From NCBI GenBank assembly GCA_900754115.1, contig CAAEBM010000056.1:2936-66935 (forward strand): DNA of 64,000 bases, written 5' to 3'. Numbering within the stretch: the stretch's first letter is position 1; each line of letters starts with the position of its first letter. The DNA is from Bacilli bacterium (GTDB taxonomy: Bacteria; Bacillota_I; Bacilli_A; RFN20; CAG-631). This document shows positions 19,822-30,414 of this stretch, piece by piece. The position numbers and the translations under genes are program-made. The notes below the pieces were generated by a model, which saw nothing but the letters and a program-made list of their open reading frames with translations, ran no database searches and was not told where the DNA came from.

Positions 19822-21576
19822 ATGTGTGTGTTTAAAATGAATACCATTCAAACTTTATTTTTCGTCATTCTTTGTATTCTTGCTTTTTTTATTTGTATTG
19901 ATTTATTCCTTTTAATTTTTCAATTATTAAAGAAAAAAAATCGTACTTTTGCAGAAATGATGGATGAAAAAAAGAGCAATCGCTTATCACTAGTCATTGA
20001 TTTAAGTCGAAAAATTGTAGAAATTTATTATGTCTATGAGACCAACAATAAGACAAAGACGTTAAATTATGATGAATTTACCTATTCTTTAGATTCAGAA
20101 AACTTAAAAAAATTAACCGAATGGTTGCAGTTTATTCAAAATAATAGTGAATATGGCAACTATCGCAGAATTGAATTGCAAATGTATGATGATACTGGAA
20201 ATAAAAGATTATATCGGTGTAGTTTACAAAATTATATTCCAGAAAGTAATAAATATTTTATCATGGCACAAGATATTACTGTAAGCAATCAAATGATTAA
20301 AGATTATGAAAAAAAGTTATCGTTTTATGATACGGAATCATTTTATGAAAAAATCCAAACGTTACTAAAGTTAACTTTAGAAAATGAACTTGCTTGCATT
20401 GTGACCATTCGCTATAAAGAATATGAAGCCATTATGAAAGATTTTAAAGATGATTTTGTCAAATTAATTGATTATGAAGTGCTAAATCGTTTAGAAGCTA
20501 TTTTAGAAGAAGATATGGCAATTTGTCAAAGTAAAGAAGCGACATTTCACATTTTTTTAGGAAAAATTATGTCTTTTGCCAAATTAAAACAAAAATTAAA
20601 AAAGATATTACAGACTTGTTCTGGAAATATTGTTGTTGGTAAAGGGAATTTTAACATTAACTTTTTAGCTGGAGCGATGATTATTGAAGAAAATGATCCT
20701 TTGAATTGTTTAGAAAAATCAGAAATAGCTTTAAACCAATGTTTAAAAAGACGCTTTTTTAATGATAAGATTCGCTTTTTTGACAAAGAGTTATCTATAA
20801 TTGAAAAGGAAAATGTTGAAAAATTGTCTTTAGTGAAAAAAATCATCGATGAGTGGGATTTTGATTTAGTGTACCATCCCATTTTAGATGTCGTTACAAA
20901 AAAAGTTAGTGCCTATCATGTCGATATTTCTTTAAATAAAGAAATGGATTTATCAAAAGAAAAATTTATTGCCATGGCACAAGAAATAGGGGAACGAAAA
21001 AAGTATTTTGTAGGCATTTTTGAAAAAATATTACAACAAGACCTTCAATTACCTGTTTTTATTGTCATTCCTCATTCACAAATTTCTCGCTTTTGTGATG
21101 CTTATGCTTCAAATGAAGCTTTTCACAAAATAGATTTAAAAGTGATGATTTCTTTTGAAAATTTAGTCGTTTCTGAAACGAATTTAGTGACGATGGAAAA
21201 AATAATTAAAGGAAATAAAGAATCAAATCAAATTCAATTTGGAATTGCAATTAGTAATTTTCAAAATCCCTATTTAAATGAAATTATTTATACGAAATTA
21301 GATTATTTGATGATATTTGAAGAAGTGATTGATACTTCTTTTGATTCGACACATTATCAAATTGCATTTTTAACCAATCAAAAAATTGCTGAGCAATATG
21401 ATTTGTCTATTATCGGTGTGGGAGTGAATAGTCTATATCAATATGAAAAACTATTCAATATTCATGCAAAATGGATTTCAGGCCCTTTGTTTAATGAAAA
21501 AATTTCAGAAAATCAATTAATGGATAAACATTTATTGAAACAATTAAACGAAATTGAAAATAAAAATAAAAAGTAG
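19822..21576 (+). CDS. membrane protein with degenerate GGDEF-like and EAL-like domains
   Basis: 584 aa with an N-terminal TM helix. The central block IVTIRYKEYEAIMKDF...QSKEATFHIFLG aligns to the GGDEF fold but has KEATF in place of GGDEF. The C-terminal LVYHPILDVVTKKVSAYHVDISL...FIAMAQEIG aligns to the EAL-domain start (YQPI...EALxR) with the Glu replaced by His. Confidence 0.6.
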   Translation: MCVFKMNTIQTLFFVILCILAFFICIDLFLLIFQLLKKKNRTFAEMMDEKKSNRLSLVIDLSRKIVEIYYVYETNNKTKTLNYDEFTYSLDSENLKKLTEWLQFIQNNSEYGNYRRIELQMYDDTGNKRLYRCSLQNYIPESNKYFIMAQDITVSNQMIKDYEKKLSFYDTESFYEKIQTLLKLTLENELACIVTIRYKEYEAIMKDFKDDFVKLIDYEVLNRLEAILEEDMAICQSKEATFHIFLGKIMSFAKLKQKLKKILQTCSGNIVVGKGNFNINFLAGAMIIEENDPLNCLEKSEIALNQCLKRRFFNDKIRFFDKELSIIEKENVEKLSLVKKIIDEWDFDLVYHPILDVVTKKVSAYHVDISLNKEMDLSKEKFIAMAQEIGERKKYFVGIFEKILQQDLQLPVFIVIPHSQISRFCDAYASNEAFHKIDLKVMISFENLVVSETNLVTMEKIIKGNKESNQIQFGIAISNFQNPYLNEIIYTKLDYLMIFEEVIDTSFDSTHYQIAFLTNQKIAEQYDLSIIGVGVNSLYQYEKLFNIHAKWISGPLFNEKISENQLMDKHLLKQLNEIENKNKK

Positions 21577-21585
21577 GTGAAAAAG

Positions 21586-23067
21586 ATGAAAAGAGGAAGT
21601 GGAATTTTATTACATATTAGTTCTTTGCCTTCTGCTTATGGCATTGGAACTTTTGGAAAAGAAGCTTTTCAAATGATTCGTCTTTTAAAAAAATCTTGTC
21701 AAAAATATTGGCAATTTCTTCCACTTTCACCTACAGATTTTAAAGATTCACCTTATCAAAGCTTTTCAACCTTTGCTTTAAATCCTTATTTTATTGATTT
21801 AGATTCTTTAATTCAAGATGGGCTATTAAAGCAAGAAGAAGTAAAGAGTTGTAATTGGTTTGTAAAAGAAGATCAAATTGATTATGGATTAATTTATGAA
21901 AATAAAGAAAAAATGCTTTGGCTTGCTTATCAAAGAGGGTATGGGAAATATCAAAAATTGATTCAAATATTTTATAAAAAAAATCAATATTGGTTAGAAG
22001 ATTATGCACTTTTCATGTCTTTAAAGAAATATTTTAATCAAAAACCTTGGATGGAGTGGGAACATGACTATAAAGTTCGTAAAAAAAGTGTTCTTCATCA
22101 ATTCCAAGAAGAATATTACGATTGGTGCCAATTTTATATTTTTTGTCAATATCTTGCCTTTAAACAATATCAAAAGTTAAAAAAATTTGCTGCTGTAAAC
22201 CAAATTTCTTTAATTGGTGATTGTCCCATTTATGTCAATTTAGATAGTAGTGATGTCTGGGCAAATCCTCGTCTTTTTTTACTCGATGCCCAATATAAGC
22301 CTACTCTTGTCGCTGGTGTTCCGCCTGATTATTTTTCTAAGACTGGACAACTTTGGGGAAATCCCATTTATAATTATGAACAAATGAAAAAAGATCACTA
22401 TCGTTGGTGGACACTTCGTTTTTTTCATTTGTTACAATTATATGATTATCTTCGTCTTGATCATTTCCGAGGCTTTGAAAGTTACTACGCTATTCCCTTT
22501 TTAGATACCAATGCGATAAATGGCAAGTGGTATCCTGGTCCAGCACAAGATTTTTTTGATACGATTATTCAAAATTTAAATCAAGCACCATTTATTGCAG
22601 AAGATTTAGGAATCATTACCAAAGAAGTGAATGATTTAAAAAATCGGTATCAATTCCCTGGCTTAAAGATTCTTTTATTTGCCTTTGATTCTTTAGATGC
22701 AAATCATCCTTATTTGCCACGCAATTATGAAAAAAATTGTATCGCCTATATTGGAACTCATGATAATGCTCCTTTTTTTGGTTATATTCATCAAAACCAA
22801 AATGGCTATCAAAATATGCATCAATACTATCATACTACCGGTGAAAAAGAAACATATGAGGCAATTTTAGAAGATTTATATGCTTCTTCCGCAGATGTTG
22901 TTTTATTGCAAATTCAAGATGTATTATTGCAAGATGAAAACTATCGCATGAATATTCCAGGTAGTGAAGAAAACAATTGGCAATATCGGTTATTAAAAGA
23001 ACAATTAAATGAAAAATATTTTGAAACAATCGCAAAATTGACCAAAAAACACCAAAGAGATGAATAA
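21586..23067 (+). CDS. malQ: 4-alpha-glucanotransferase (amylomaltase, GH77)
   Basis: KRGSGILLHISSLPSAYGIGTFG N-terminus typical of MalQ, plus LRLDHFRGF and IGTHDN motifs. AGGTG lies 6 nt before ATG 21586. Confidence 0.92.
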   Translation: MKRGSGILLHISSLPSAYGIGTFGKEAFQMIRLLKKSCQKYWQFLPLSPTDFKDSPYQSFSTFALNPYFIDLDSLIQDGLLKQEEVKSCNWFVKEDQIDYGLIYENKEKMLWLAYQRGYGKYQKLIQIFYKKNQYWLEDYALFMSLKKYFNQKPWMEWEHDYKVRKKSVLHQFQEEYYDWCQFYIFCQYLAFKQYQKLKKFAAVNQISLIGDCPIYVNLDSSDVWANPRLFLLDAQYKPTLVAGVPPDYFSKTGQLWGNPIYNYEQMKKDHYRWWTLRFFHLLQLYDYLRLDHFRGFESYYAIPFLDTNAINGKWYPGPAQDFFDTIIQNLNQAPFIAEDLGIITKEVNDLKNRYQFPGLKILLFAFDSLDANHPYLPRNYEKNCIAYIGTHDNAPFFGYIHQNQNGYQNMHQYYHTTGEKETYEAILEDLYASSADVVLLQIQDVLLQDENYRMNIPGSEENNWQYRLLKEQLNEKYFETIAKLTKKHQRDE

Positions 23068-23085
23068 GTTTCTTTGGTGTTTTCG
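23049..23085 (+). terminator. malQ terminator
   Basis: AACACCAAAGA-N12-TCTTTGGTGTT, an 11-bp stem that spans the malQ stop codon, followed by TTT. Confidence 0.65.
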
Positions 23086-23100
23086 TAACCAAACGTAACC
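23084..23100 (+). promoter_or_regulatory. direct repeat CGTAACC-N3-CGTAACC just upstream of a TTGACA -35 (candidate response-regulator site)
   Basis: Two exact heptamers with a 10-bp period at 23084-23090 and 23094-23100, 10 nt upstream of TTGACA (23111-23116) and about 60-75 nt before the response regulator start codon. Confidence 0.35.
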
Positions 23101-23160
23101 ACTCCGTTTATTGACAATCCTTTATGGTTGTGAAAATATAAATATTAGAGAGGGATTGCC

Positions 23161-23838
23161 ATGGAAGATGTATCAAAAAGGGTGTTATTGTTGGTAGAAG
23201 ATAATCGAAATTTACTAAAACAAATGGAAGATTATTTTTTAAGTCTAGAAAATGAAGTGTATACTGCTACATCTTTAACAGAAGCAAAAAGACTCGTTGA
23301 AAACATTCATTTTGATGCGATTATATTAGATTTAATATTACCTGATGGTTCGGGTTTGGATTTATTAAAAGATAGGCGATTACCTCCAGTCATTGTTTTA
23401 TCTGATTTAAGCGATGAAAAAGATATTTTAGCTGGTTTTAAAAACGGAATTGCCGATTATATTGTTAAACCTTGTTCCATGCTTTTATTAAAAACGCGTC
23501 TTTCACTCAGACTTTTACCTTTAGAAAAAGCGATTATTGAAAGTAGAGGAATACAAATCAATGTTCGATATCGCAGTGTAACTTACAAACAAAAAGAAAT
23601 TCATTTAACAAGTAGTGAATTTAATATCTTACATTTTTTAATGACGCATCCAAATCAATTTTTTTTGGCCAATGAAATCTATGAACAAGTTTGGAAATCC
23701 AAAAGTTTAAACACGACAACAATAAAGCGTCATTTATCTACTTTAAGAAGAAAAATGATAGAAGTGGAACCGACAAAAACCTTTATTTTAACGCAATTTG
23801 GAAATGGATATGCCTTTATTTCAGAGGAGAAAATATGA
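23161..23838 (+). CDS. OmpR/PhoB-family response regulator
   Basis: 225 aa. Receiver domain (LLVEDN...DAIILDLILPDGSG...KP) plus a winged-helix C-terminal domain (LTSSEFNILHFLM...GYAF). Confidence 0.9.
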   Translation: MEDVSKRVLLLVEDNRNLLKQMEDYFLSLENEVYTATSLTEAKRLVENIHFDAIILDLILPDGSGLDLLKDRRLPPVIVLSDLSDEKDILAGFKNGIADYIVKPCSMLLLKTRLSLRLLPLEKAIIESRGIQINVRYRSVTYKQKEIHLTSSEFNILHFLMTHPNQFFLANEIYEQVWKSKSLNTTTIKRHLSTLRRKMIEVEPTKTFILTQFGNGYAFISEEKI

Positions 23839-25766
23839 AAAAGAATCATTTCTTTTTTTCCCTTTTACTCGTTTTTTTTATTTTGTCTTTATTGGCCATT
23901 CCCATTTTTATCAAAATACAGCATTTGTCTTTACAAACTTTACCTACTTATTCGATAACGAACGCTGAAAATGATTTAATATCAGCCGTTAAAATCGAAG
24001 ACATTGAAAAATATCATCAAATAGATTCTTATAATTTATTTTTAGATAGTGATAAAATAAAAGATAATAAACAAAATACAAAAGATGCAGGGACCATTGC
24101 AATCGTTTTATTAAATTTAGATCCTTTAGATGAACAATTTGAACAAAAAGCGAATTCCTTAAAACCTTTTTTGCAAAAAGATAATCAATGGCATTTCACA
24201 CTTTATTTACCTCCTATTTTTGTTTCAAGTAGAGTTTATTTAAATGATGTATTAATTGCTTCTAATACTTTAAAAAATCAAGTTGCACAACCCCTTTTTA
24301 TTGACTTGCCTTTTTCTACTTTCAAAGAAGAATTACTCCATCAACCAAGTTTGCAGAGAAATGTCATCACTATTCACTTTGAATCACAAAATGTTGATTT
24401 TACAAAAGAAAATGGTACGTTGCTTGTCGGACTAGATGAAATGATTCGAGAAGTCATCAAAAGAGATATCTTTTTTATTTATGCGGTCGTTTTAATTTCA
24501 ATTTTTATTTTAGCTTTATTTATTTTTGTTTCTATTTTAAAAAGAACGCATCATTATTTGCCTCAAATTGTCGGTATCATCGGTATATTTTTATTATCAA
24601 CCTCGTTATATGAACTTTATAATGGCACAAATATTCCCTTCTTTTGGATTGCTTTTTTTAAAAGTAGTTTTTTAATAGTCTGTTTAAGTGGCTGTATGGA
24701 TTTATTTAAAGAAAAGAAAAACAAAGGAAAAAAATCTTTATTTATGGGATGTTATGCGTTTTTGTTTATTATCAGTTTTATTGTTGAATATTTTTATCTA
24801 CAAACACTTATTTTAATTGTAGAAATCATTCAATTAATTATCGCTTTTGGCATTTTTATTATTGCTTTAATTCGCATTTATCTTCACCATAACCATAAAC
24901 AATATTTGCAAATCATTTTAATGCCCTCCCTTGTTCTTTCTTTATGTATTCAAAAAAGTACCTTGATTTATTTGTCCGCTTTTTTTTACTTTGCTTTGTT
25001 AATTTTGCTCATAATTGCCTTTTTAGGAATGAAAGAATTCATTTTATTAGAACAAACAAATCGATATTTGATGAACAATATGCAAGAAGAAGTCAAAATT
25101 CAAACTAAAAATTTACAAACACTAATTGAAGAAAAAGACACGATTCTTCGTTATGTCTCACATGATATGAAAAAACCGATTCAAGGCATTCATAATGATT
25201 TAAAATTGTTAAAAATCAATCCAAATGATGAAAAACAATTCAAAGCATTTGAAGGAATTGCTTTAAAAAGTTCACAAATTGCTAAGAGTTTAGAAGATTT
25301 AGCAAAGTATGAAAAAAATAATTTTGTGCTTGAAGAATCACATAGTCTTTCTTGTAAAAAAATTATTCAAACTGTTTATGAAGTGATGAAACCAGATTGT
25401 GATGCCAATGGAATAGAATTTAGTATTCACCCGTTAAACTTTAATATTTATGGAAAAGAAAACAATCTCATTTCTATTTTAACCAACTTAGTTTTAAATG
25501 CCATTGAACATGCCAATTGTACAAAAATCATGATTCAATCTTTTAAAATTAAAGAAAAAGGATATATTGAAATCATAGATAATGGAAAAGGAATCAAAAA
25601 TCAAGTCGATATTTTCCAACCATATTATTCTGAAAATCAAACAGATGAAAATCGAGGGTTAGGATTATATATTTCTAAAAAATTTATTCAATCCATGGAT
25701 GGCGATATCACTTATCGAAATGAAAATAATCATCTCATTTTTACTATCACTTTACCCTTGGCATAA
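23836..25766 (+). CDS. sensor histidine kinase with an extracytoplasmic domain and a 7-TM module
   Basis: ATGA overlap with the response regulator gene (MKKNHFFF...). Signal anchor, ~220-aa external domain, seven further TM helices, H-box ILRYVSHDMKKP, N-box LVLNAIEH, G-boxes DNGKGI and GLGLYI. The upstream extension in the ORF track (23691) is rejected. Confidence 0.88.
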
Positions 25767-25823
25767 TCATTGCAATTTGTCTAAAAATTTGATATATTGA
25801 TAACGTTGAAAAGAGGAATCAAT

Positions 25824-27449
25824 ATGCAAAAAAAATGGTGGCATGACAAAATTGTTTATCAAATTTATCCAATGAGTTTTGCCGATGCAAATAATGATGG
25901 CTATGGAGATTTAAAAGGAATTATTCAACATTTAGATGATTTAAAAGAATTGGGAGTAGATATTTTGTGGCTTACTCCTTTTTTTGCTTCCCCTATGGAA
26001 GATAATGGTTATGATGTGGCCGATTATTATCGCATTAATCCACTATTTGGAACGATGGAAGATATGGATCAATTATTAGAAGAAACCAAAAAAAGAGACA
26101 TGTATATCATGATGGATATTGTGGCAAACCACACTTCTAGTGCCCATCAATGGTTTCAAGAATCTAAAAAAAGCAAAGATAATCCTTATCGAGAATATTA
26201 CATTTGGAATGACCAACCTTTATTTGATATGCATTCTACTTTTGGTGGTTCTGCGTGGGAATATGATGCAACTACAAAGCAATATTATTTTCACGAATTT
26301 GGCATTGGTCAACCTGATTTAAATTGGGAAAATCCCAAAATTATGGATGAATTTGTAAATATTATTAACTTTTGGATGAAAAAAGGCATCAGTGGCATTC
26401 GTTTTGATGTCATTCAACTCATTGGTAAAGAAATAGATAAAGATATTCATGCATATGGACCAACTTTACATCAAAAAGTGAAGGAATTAAATTTGCGCTC
26501 CTTTGGTCAATATGATGCTGTAACTGTTGGAGAGGCATGGGGAGATTTAGAAAAAGCGATTGAATTTACCAATCCAGATCATCATGAATTAGACATGGTC
26601 TTTCAATTTGAATGCACGTCCTCTACCTGTGATTTTACACGCTATCATAAATTTACTCCCAAACCGATTAACATGAAATTGATTAAAGAAATTTTATGTA
26701 AATATCAAAATGGGCTAAATGATTTGTCTTGGAATGCCTTGTTTGTTGAAAATCACGACTTGGGTCGTTGTATCAATAAGTTTGGCAATGAAAAATATTA
26801 TTTAGAATCAGCAAAAGCTATTGCGATTATGAATTACTTTTTAAAGGGAACTCCTTTTATCTATCAAGGTCAAGAAATTGGAATGACAAATATCGTTATG
26901 GATTCTATAGAAGAATATCGGGATATTGAAATTAAAGGATATTACCAAGAGTTAGTTCTTGATAAAAAAGTGTTAACGTATGAAGAATTTATGAAAGCTT
27001 GTTATCAAGAAGGGCGAGATAACAATCGTACACCAATTCAATGGGATGATAGTGTCAATGCAGGATTTAATCAAGGAGCACCCACCTGGATTAAAGTGAA
27101 CCCTAATTATAAAACAATTAATTTAAAAGCTGCCAAAAAAGATCAAAATTCCATTTATCATTTTTATAAAAAATGGATTCAACTTAGAAAAAACGAAACT
27201 TATAAAAATACCTTTGTATATGGTAAATTTCAAGCTTATCTTCAAGAAAATGAAAACGTCTTTGTCTATACACGTCAAGATGAAAAGTATCGCATTGCCA
27301 TTGTAGTCAACATGAACCAATTTAAAGAAACGATTACATTACCTTTTGAAATAAAAGAAGTACTTTTACAAAATTACGAAAAGGTTTCTTTTAATACAAC
27401 GCAAACTCTTCGACCTTATGAAGCCTTTATTTATATTTGTAAAAATTAA
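25824..27449 (+). CDS. GH13 alpha-glucosidase / oligo-1,6-glucosidase family enzyme
   Basis: KWWHDKIVYQIYPMSFADANNDGYGDLKGI, MDIVANHTS, GIRFDVI, GEAW and VENHDL, the conserved GH13 subfamily-31-like blocks. Confidence 0.9.
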   Translation: MQKKWWHDKIVYQIYPMSFADANNDGYGDLKGIIQHLDDLKELGVDILWLTPFFASPMEDNGYDVADYYRINPLFGTMEDMDQLLEETKKRDMYIMMDIVANHTSSAHQWFQESKKSKDNPYREYYIWNDQPLFDMHSTFGGSAWEYDATTKQYYFHEFGIGQPDLNWENPKIMDEFVNIINFWMKKGISGIRFDVIQLIGKEIDKDIHAYGPTLHQKVKELNLRSFGQYDAVTVGEAWGDLEKAIEFTNPDHHELDMVFQFECTSSTCDFTRYHKFTPKPINMKLIKEILCKYQNGLNDLSWNALFVENHDLGRCINKFGNEKYYLESAKAIAIMNYFLKGTPFIYQGQEIGMTNIVMDSIEEYRDIEIKGYYQELVLDKKVLTYEEFMKACYQEGRDNNRTPIQWDDSVNAGFNQGAPTWIKVNPNYKTINLKAAKKDQNSIYHFYKKWIQLRKNETYKNTFVYGKFQAYLQENENVFVYTRQDEKYRIAIVVNMNQFKETITLPFEIKEVLLQNYEKVSFNTTQTLRPYEAFIYICKN

Positions 27450-27450
27450 A

Positions 27451-27477
27451 AAATGTAGAACTTTCTACATTTTTTTT
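27451..27477. terminator. bidirectional terminator
   Basis: AAATGTAGAA-CTT-TTCTACATTT perfect 10-bp stem flanked by A and T runs, between convergent genes. Confidence 0.75.
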
Positions 27478-28297
27478 AATTAATCCAAATGGCTGTTTGC
27501 GTTGTAATGTTTTCATACAACCATTTGGCATTTTGAATTTCCATACGAATACAGCCATTAGAAACTTTTTTTTGCATTGAAGTGTTTAAAATTTCACCAT
27601 CTAAAGAATAAGGAACGGAATGCAATAAATATTGTCCACTATATTTTAACCAATAATAGCATTTATAAAATTTTGCTTCGTTATAAAAGACTGGACCTTT
27701 ATTTTCAATGATGTAATGCCCTCTTTTTGTAGGAGTAGAATTTTTACCTGTTGCACAAGGAAATTTTTTGATTAAAAAGTAATATCCATTTAGATTTTCA
27801 AAGGTAAAAATCATCTGTCTTTGAAGGTCAACAAATAAAAAAAGATCGGTTGCACTTTTTACTTTTAAATAATTGACATATAGTTCTATATATTCATCTG
27901 GCAAAGGTTCTAATGGGAAATTGTCTTCTTGATAAAGAATTTGAAGTTGATCTTGTTGCACCCATATATCAATATAGTCATTTTGAATGTGATAGCGTTT
28001 GCCATTTTTTTGATCTTCAATGATTTCTACTTGAATTTGAAAGGATTCTTCTTCAATAGAAACGGTTAAAAGAGCATAAATGATATCAGGAAGAATTTTA
28101 CTATCAATTTCTTCAAATATAGTGGCTAAATATTCCATTTCATTGACAAAAGTGCCAAAATCGGGACGTTGTTCAACAATTTGATCTGTTGAATAAAAAA
28201 AAGAGGGTGATATCGGTTTTTCTTTACAAGAAACCAAACAGTTTAAGGTTAGAATGAGGAATAAACTATAAGCTTTCTTTTTCACCAATATCACCAA
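27476..28297 (-). CDS. L,D-transpeptidase (YkuD fold) lipoprotein
   Basis: 273 aa. Lipobox-like LVSC after a signal peptide. C-terminal catalytic motif HSVPY...SNGCIRM. Confidence 0.8.
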   Translation of the reverse strand: MVILVKKKAYSLFLILTLNCLVSCKEKPISPSFFYSTDQIVEQRPDFGTFVNEMEYLATIFEEIDSKILPDIIYALLTVSIEEESFQIQVEIIEDQKNGKRYHIQNDYIDIWVQQDQLQILYQEDNFPLEPLPDEYIELYVNYLKVKSATDLFLFVDLQRQMIFTFENLNGYYFLIKKFPCATGKNSTPTKRGHYIIENKGPVFYNEAKFYKCYYWLKYSGQYLLHSVPYSLDGEILNTSMQKKVSNGCIRMEIQNAKWLYENITTQTAIWIN

Positions 28298-28335
28298 TTA
28301 TAGTATTTGAAAAATCAACAATTTTATTCTTTGAA

Positions 28336-29415
28336 TTATTGTTTATCTTTTTTTATTTCTTCTAAGTCCGCAAACGTCAATTTTTTAATAAAGGCGGTTA
28401 AAAGTTTAACGGTTGCATCTAAATCATCTTCATGCACAATGGAACTATGAGAGTGGAAATAACGACAAGGGATAGAAAGAGTCATATTGACAACACCATC
28501 GTAAACTTTATGGATTTCTCCACTATCGGTTCCACCAGCTGCTAATCCATCATAAGTAAAAGGAATGTTTTCTTCTTTGCATATTTTTTCCATGTATTTG
28601 ACTAATCCAGTATGTGCAATGACACTGTGGTCATATAAACTTAAAGCGACTCCTGTTCCTAATTTGGCTTGTCCATCTTGAATGGTAGGCAAGTCATAAC
28701 ACATCGTCACGTCAATGGCAATTGCTACATCTGGATGAATCATTTGGGCGACAGTTTTTGCACCTCTAAGTCCAACTTCTTCTTGCACAGTTGCGGCTCC
28801 ATAAACAATATTAGGATGCTCTTGATTTTTTAAATTGTCTAAAGTTTCAATAATTGCGGCCACAGCAATGCGGTCATCCCATGCTTTTCCATATAGATAT
28901 TTTGGATTATTCATTCTTCTAAATTCTGAAAGTGGACAAATCGGGTCTCCTACTTGCACTCCTAAATCTTCAACTTCTTTTTTACTTGCAACTCCTAAAT
29001 CAATATATAAATCTTTTGCTTCTTTTACTTTGTTTCTTGCTTCAGGACCCATTCCATGTGGAGGTTCGGCACCAAATACACCAAAGATTTTTTTACCTTC
29101 TCGTGTAGTAATCATTACTTTTTGTGCTAAGATGACATGAGCCCACCAACCACCTAAGGGATGAACGCGAATATAACCATTTTCATCAATAGATTTTACG
29201 ATAAAACCGACTTCATCGATATGGCCAGTGAGTAAAATTTTGGGACCATTTTCATTTCCAACTTGTTTTCCAACGATCGATCCTAAATTGTCGTATTGGA
29301 TTTCATCACAAGATTCTAAAAAATACTTTTTAACGACTCTGGTCGCTTCTTTTTCAAACCCAGATACGCCATGAACTTCACTAATTTCTTTTAATAATAC
29401 ATCTTTATTCATCAT
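28336..29415 (-). CDS. M42 family metallopeptidase (glutamyl aminopeptidase / FrvX-like)
   Basis: 359 aa. HGVSGFE, GHIDEVGF, DDRIAVA, VQEEVGLRGA and GGTDSG blocks typical of M42. Confidence 0.88.
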   Translation of the reverse strand: MMNKDVLLKEISEVHGVSGFEKEATRVVKKYFLESCDEIQYDNLGSIVGKQVGNENGPKILLTGHIDEVGFIVKSIDENGYIRVHPLGGWWAHVILAQKVMITTREGKKIFGVFGAEPPHGMGPEARNKVKEAKDLYIDLGVASKKEVEDLGVQVGDPICPLSEFRRMNNPKYLYGKAWDDRIAVAAIIETLDNLKNQEHPNIVYGAATVQEEVGLRGAKTVAQMIHPDVAIAIDVTMCYDLPTIQDGQAKLGTGVALSLYDHSVIAHTGLVKYMEKICKEENIPFTYDGLAAGGTDSGEIHKVYDGVVNMTLSIPCRYFHSHSSIVHEDDLDATVKLLTAFIKKLTFADLEEIKKDKQ

Positions 29416-29431
29416 AATCCTCTCCTTTTTT

Positions 29432-29458
29432 GCAAAAAAACTGGGAGTGCCCCAGTTT
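29432..29458 (-). terminator. rpsO terminator
   Basis: On the minus strand: AAACTGGG-GCACT-CCCAGTTT followed by a T7 run, immediately after the rpsO stop. Confidence 0.75.
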
Positions 29459-29459
29459 A

Positions 29460-29732
29460 TTAAATATTATCTCTAATTTTTAATTTTTCGATTAAAGATA
29501 CGTAAGATGTATAGTTGTTGCTCTTTAAATAAACTAATAAGCCGCGTCTTTTACCGACTAATTTTAAAAGTCCACGTCTAGAATGATGGTCGTTTTTGTG
29601 TTCTTTTAAGTGTTCCGTTAAATAGTTAATACGAGCACTTAAAATTGCAATTTGAACTTCAGGAGAACCTGAATCGGTTTCAGTCTTTCCGTAGGTTTTT
29701 ACAATTTCGGCTACTTGTTCTTTTGTTAACAT
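29460..29732 (-). CDS. rpsO: 30S ribosomal protein S15
   Basis: 90 codons from [16 protein letters not shown]...[17 protein letters not shown], with GGAGG RBS upstream of that ATG. The longer 117-aa track ORF is an upstream artefact. An extended -10 (TGTTATAAT, complement of about 29812-29820) suggests an ~80-nt leader. Confidence 0.93.
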   Translation of the reverse strand: MLTKEQVAEIVKTYGKTETDSGSPEVQIAILSARINYLTEHLKEHKNDHHSRRGLLKLVGKRRGLLVYLKSNNYTSYVSLIEKLKIRDNI

Positions 29733-29826
29733 TCTTTTTCCTCCTTTTTTTATTTCAGCACAAACCAAGAATACAATCGGAGATTTTGTAATCTTCGTAA
29801 GTGTCATCACCATTATAACATTTTTT

Positions 29827-30414
29827 TTATTTTTCGCAATCTTTTTGTTGCTTAATTTTTAAACCATCTTGAAAAGCATGGCCTACTTTTTTTCCTAATT
29901 GAATGTAATGATGGGAAACAGCATCATAAGTGATAGGTTTTAATTTGTCGACATCAATTTTTCCTTCCGTTAAAATCGATTCATCTGCAGAAACATTGAC
30001 GATTTTAGCAATCATGATGTCTGTTTTTTCATCAAAGGATTCCATTTCACATTCTAATGTCAAAGGAAGTTCTTGAATAAGTGGCGCATCGACAAATTCA
30101 CTTTTGATTATTGTCCAACCTGTATTTTTAAGTTTGTCTTTTACATCATTTGCTGAAACAATTCCGACATAATCACAAGCAACGACATTTTCTGTATTGG
30201 CCATAGAAATAGTCAAAGCTTTACGTTTTAAAATATTTTTGACGGTTTTGTGCTCTGCACTTAAACATAAAAAGACTTTTTGGTAATCACAAATTCCACC
30301 CCATGCCGCATTCATGGCATCAGGAATACCATTTTCATCATAACTGCCAATGATAAAAACGGGTTGGGGATAAAGATAGGTGTTTGCTTTAAAATTTTTT
30401 CTCATGTGTCTCAT
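29827..30414 (-). CDS. flavin reductase-like FMN-binding domain protein
   Basis: 195 aa. [27 protein letters not shown] matches the flavoredoxin / flavin reductase-like domain. ATGA overlap with ribF. Confidence 0.75.
   Translation of the reverse strand: MRHMRKNFKANTYLYPQPVFIIGSYDENGIPDAMNAAWGGICDYQKVFLCLSAEHKTVKNILKRKALTISMANTENVVACDYVGIVSANDVKDKLKNTGWTIIKSEFVDAPLIQELPLTLECEMESFDEKTDIMIAKIVNVSADESILTEGKIDVDKLKPITYDAVSHHYIQLGKKVGHAFQDGLKIKQQKDCEK

Noticed and set aside
23691-23835. Upstream extension of the histidine kinase ORF (track start 23691)
   Set aside because: The extension overlaps the 3' end of the response regulator gene in another frame and has no RBS. The ATGA-coupled start at 23836 yields the expected N-terminal signal anchor.
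29733-29813. N-terminal 27-codon extension of rpsO (117-aa track ORF)
   Set aside because: S15 is about 89 aa. A GGAGG RBS directly precedes the internal Met, and the extension covers the probable promoter and leader.
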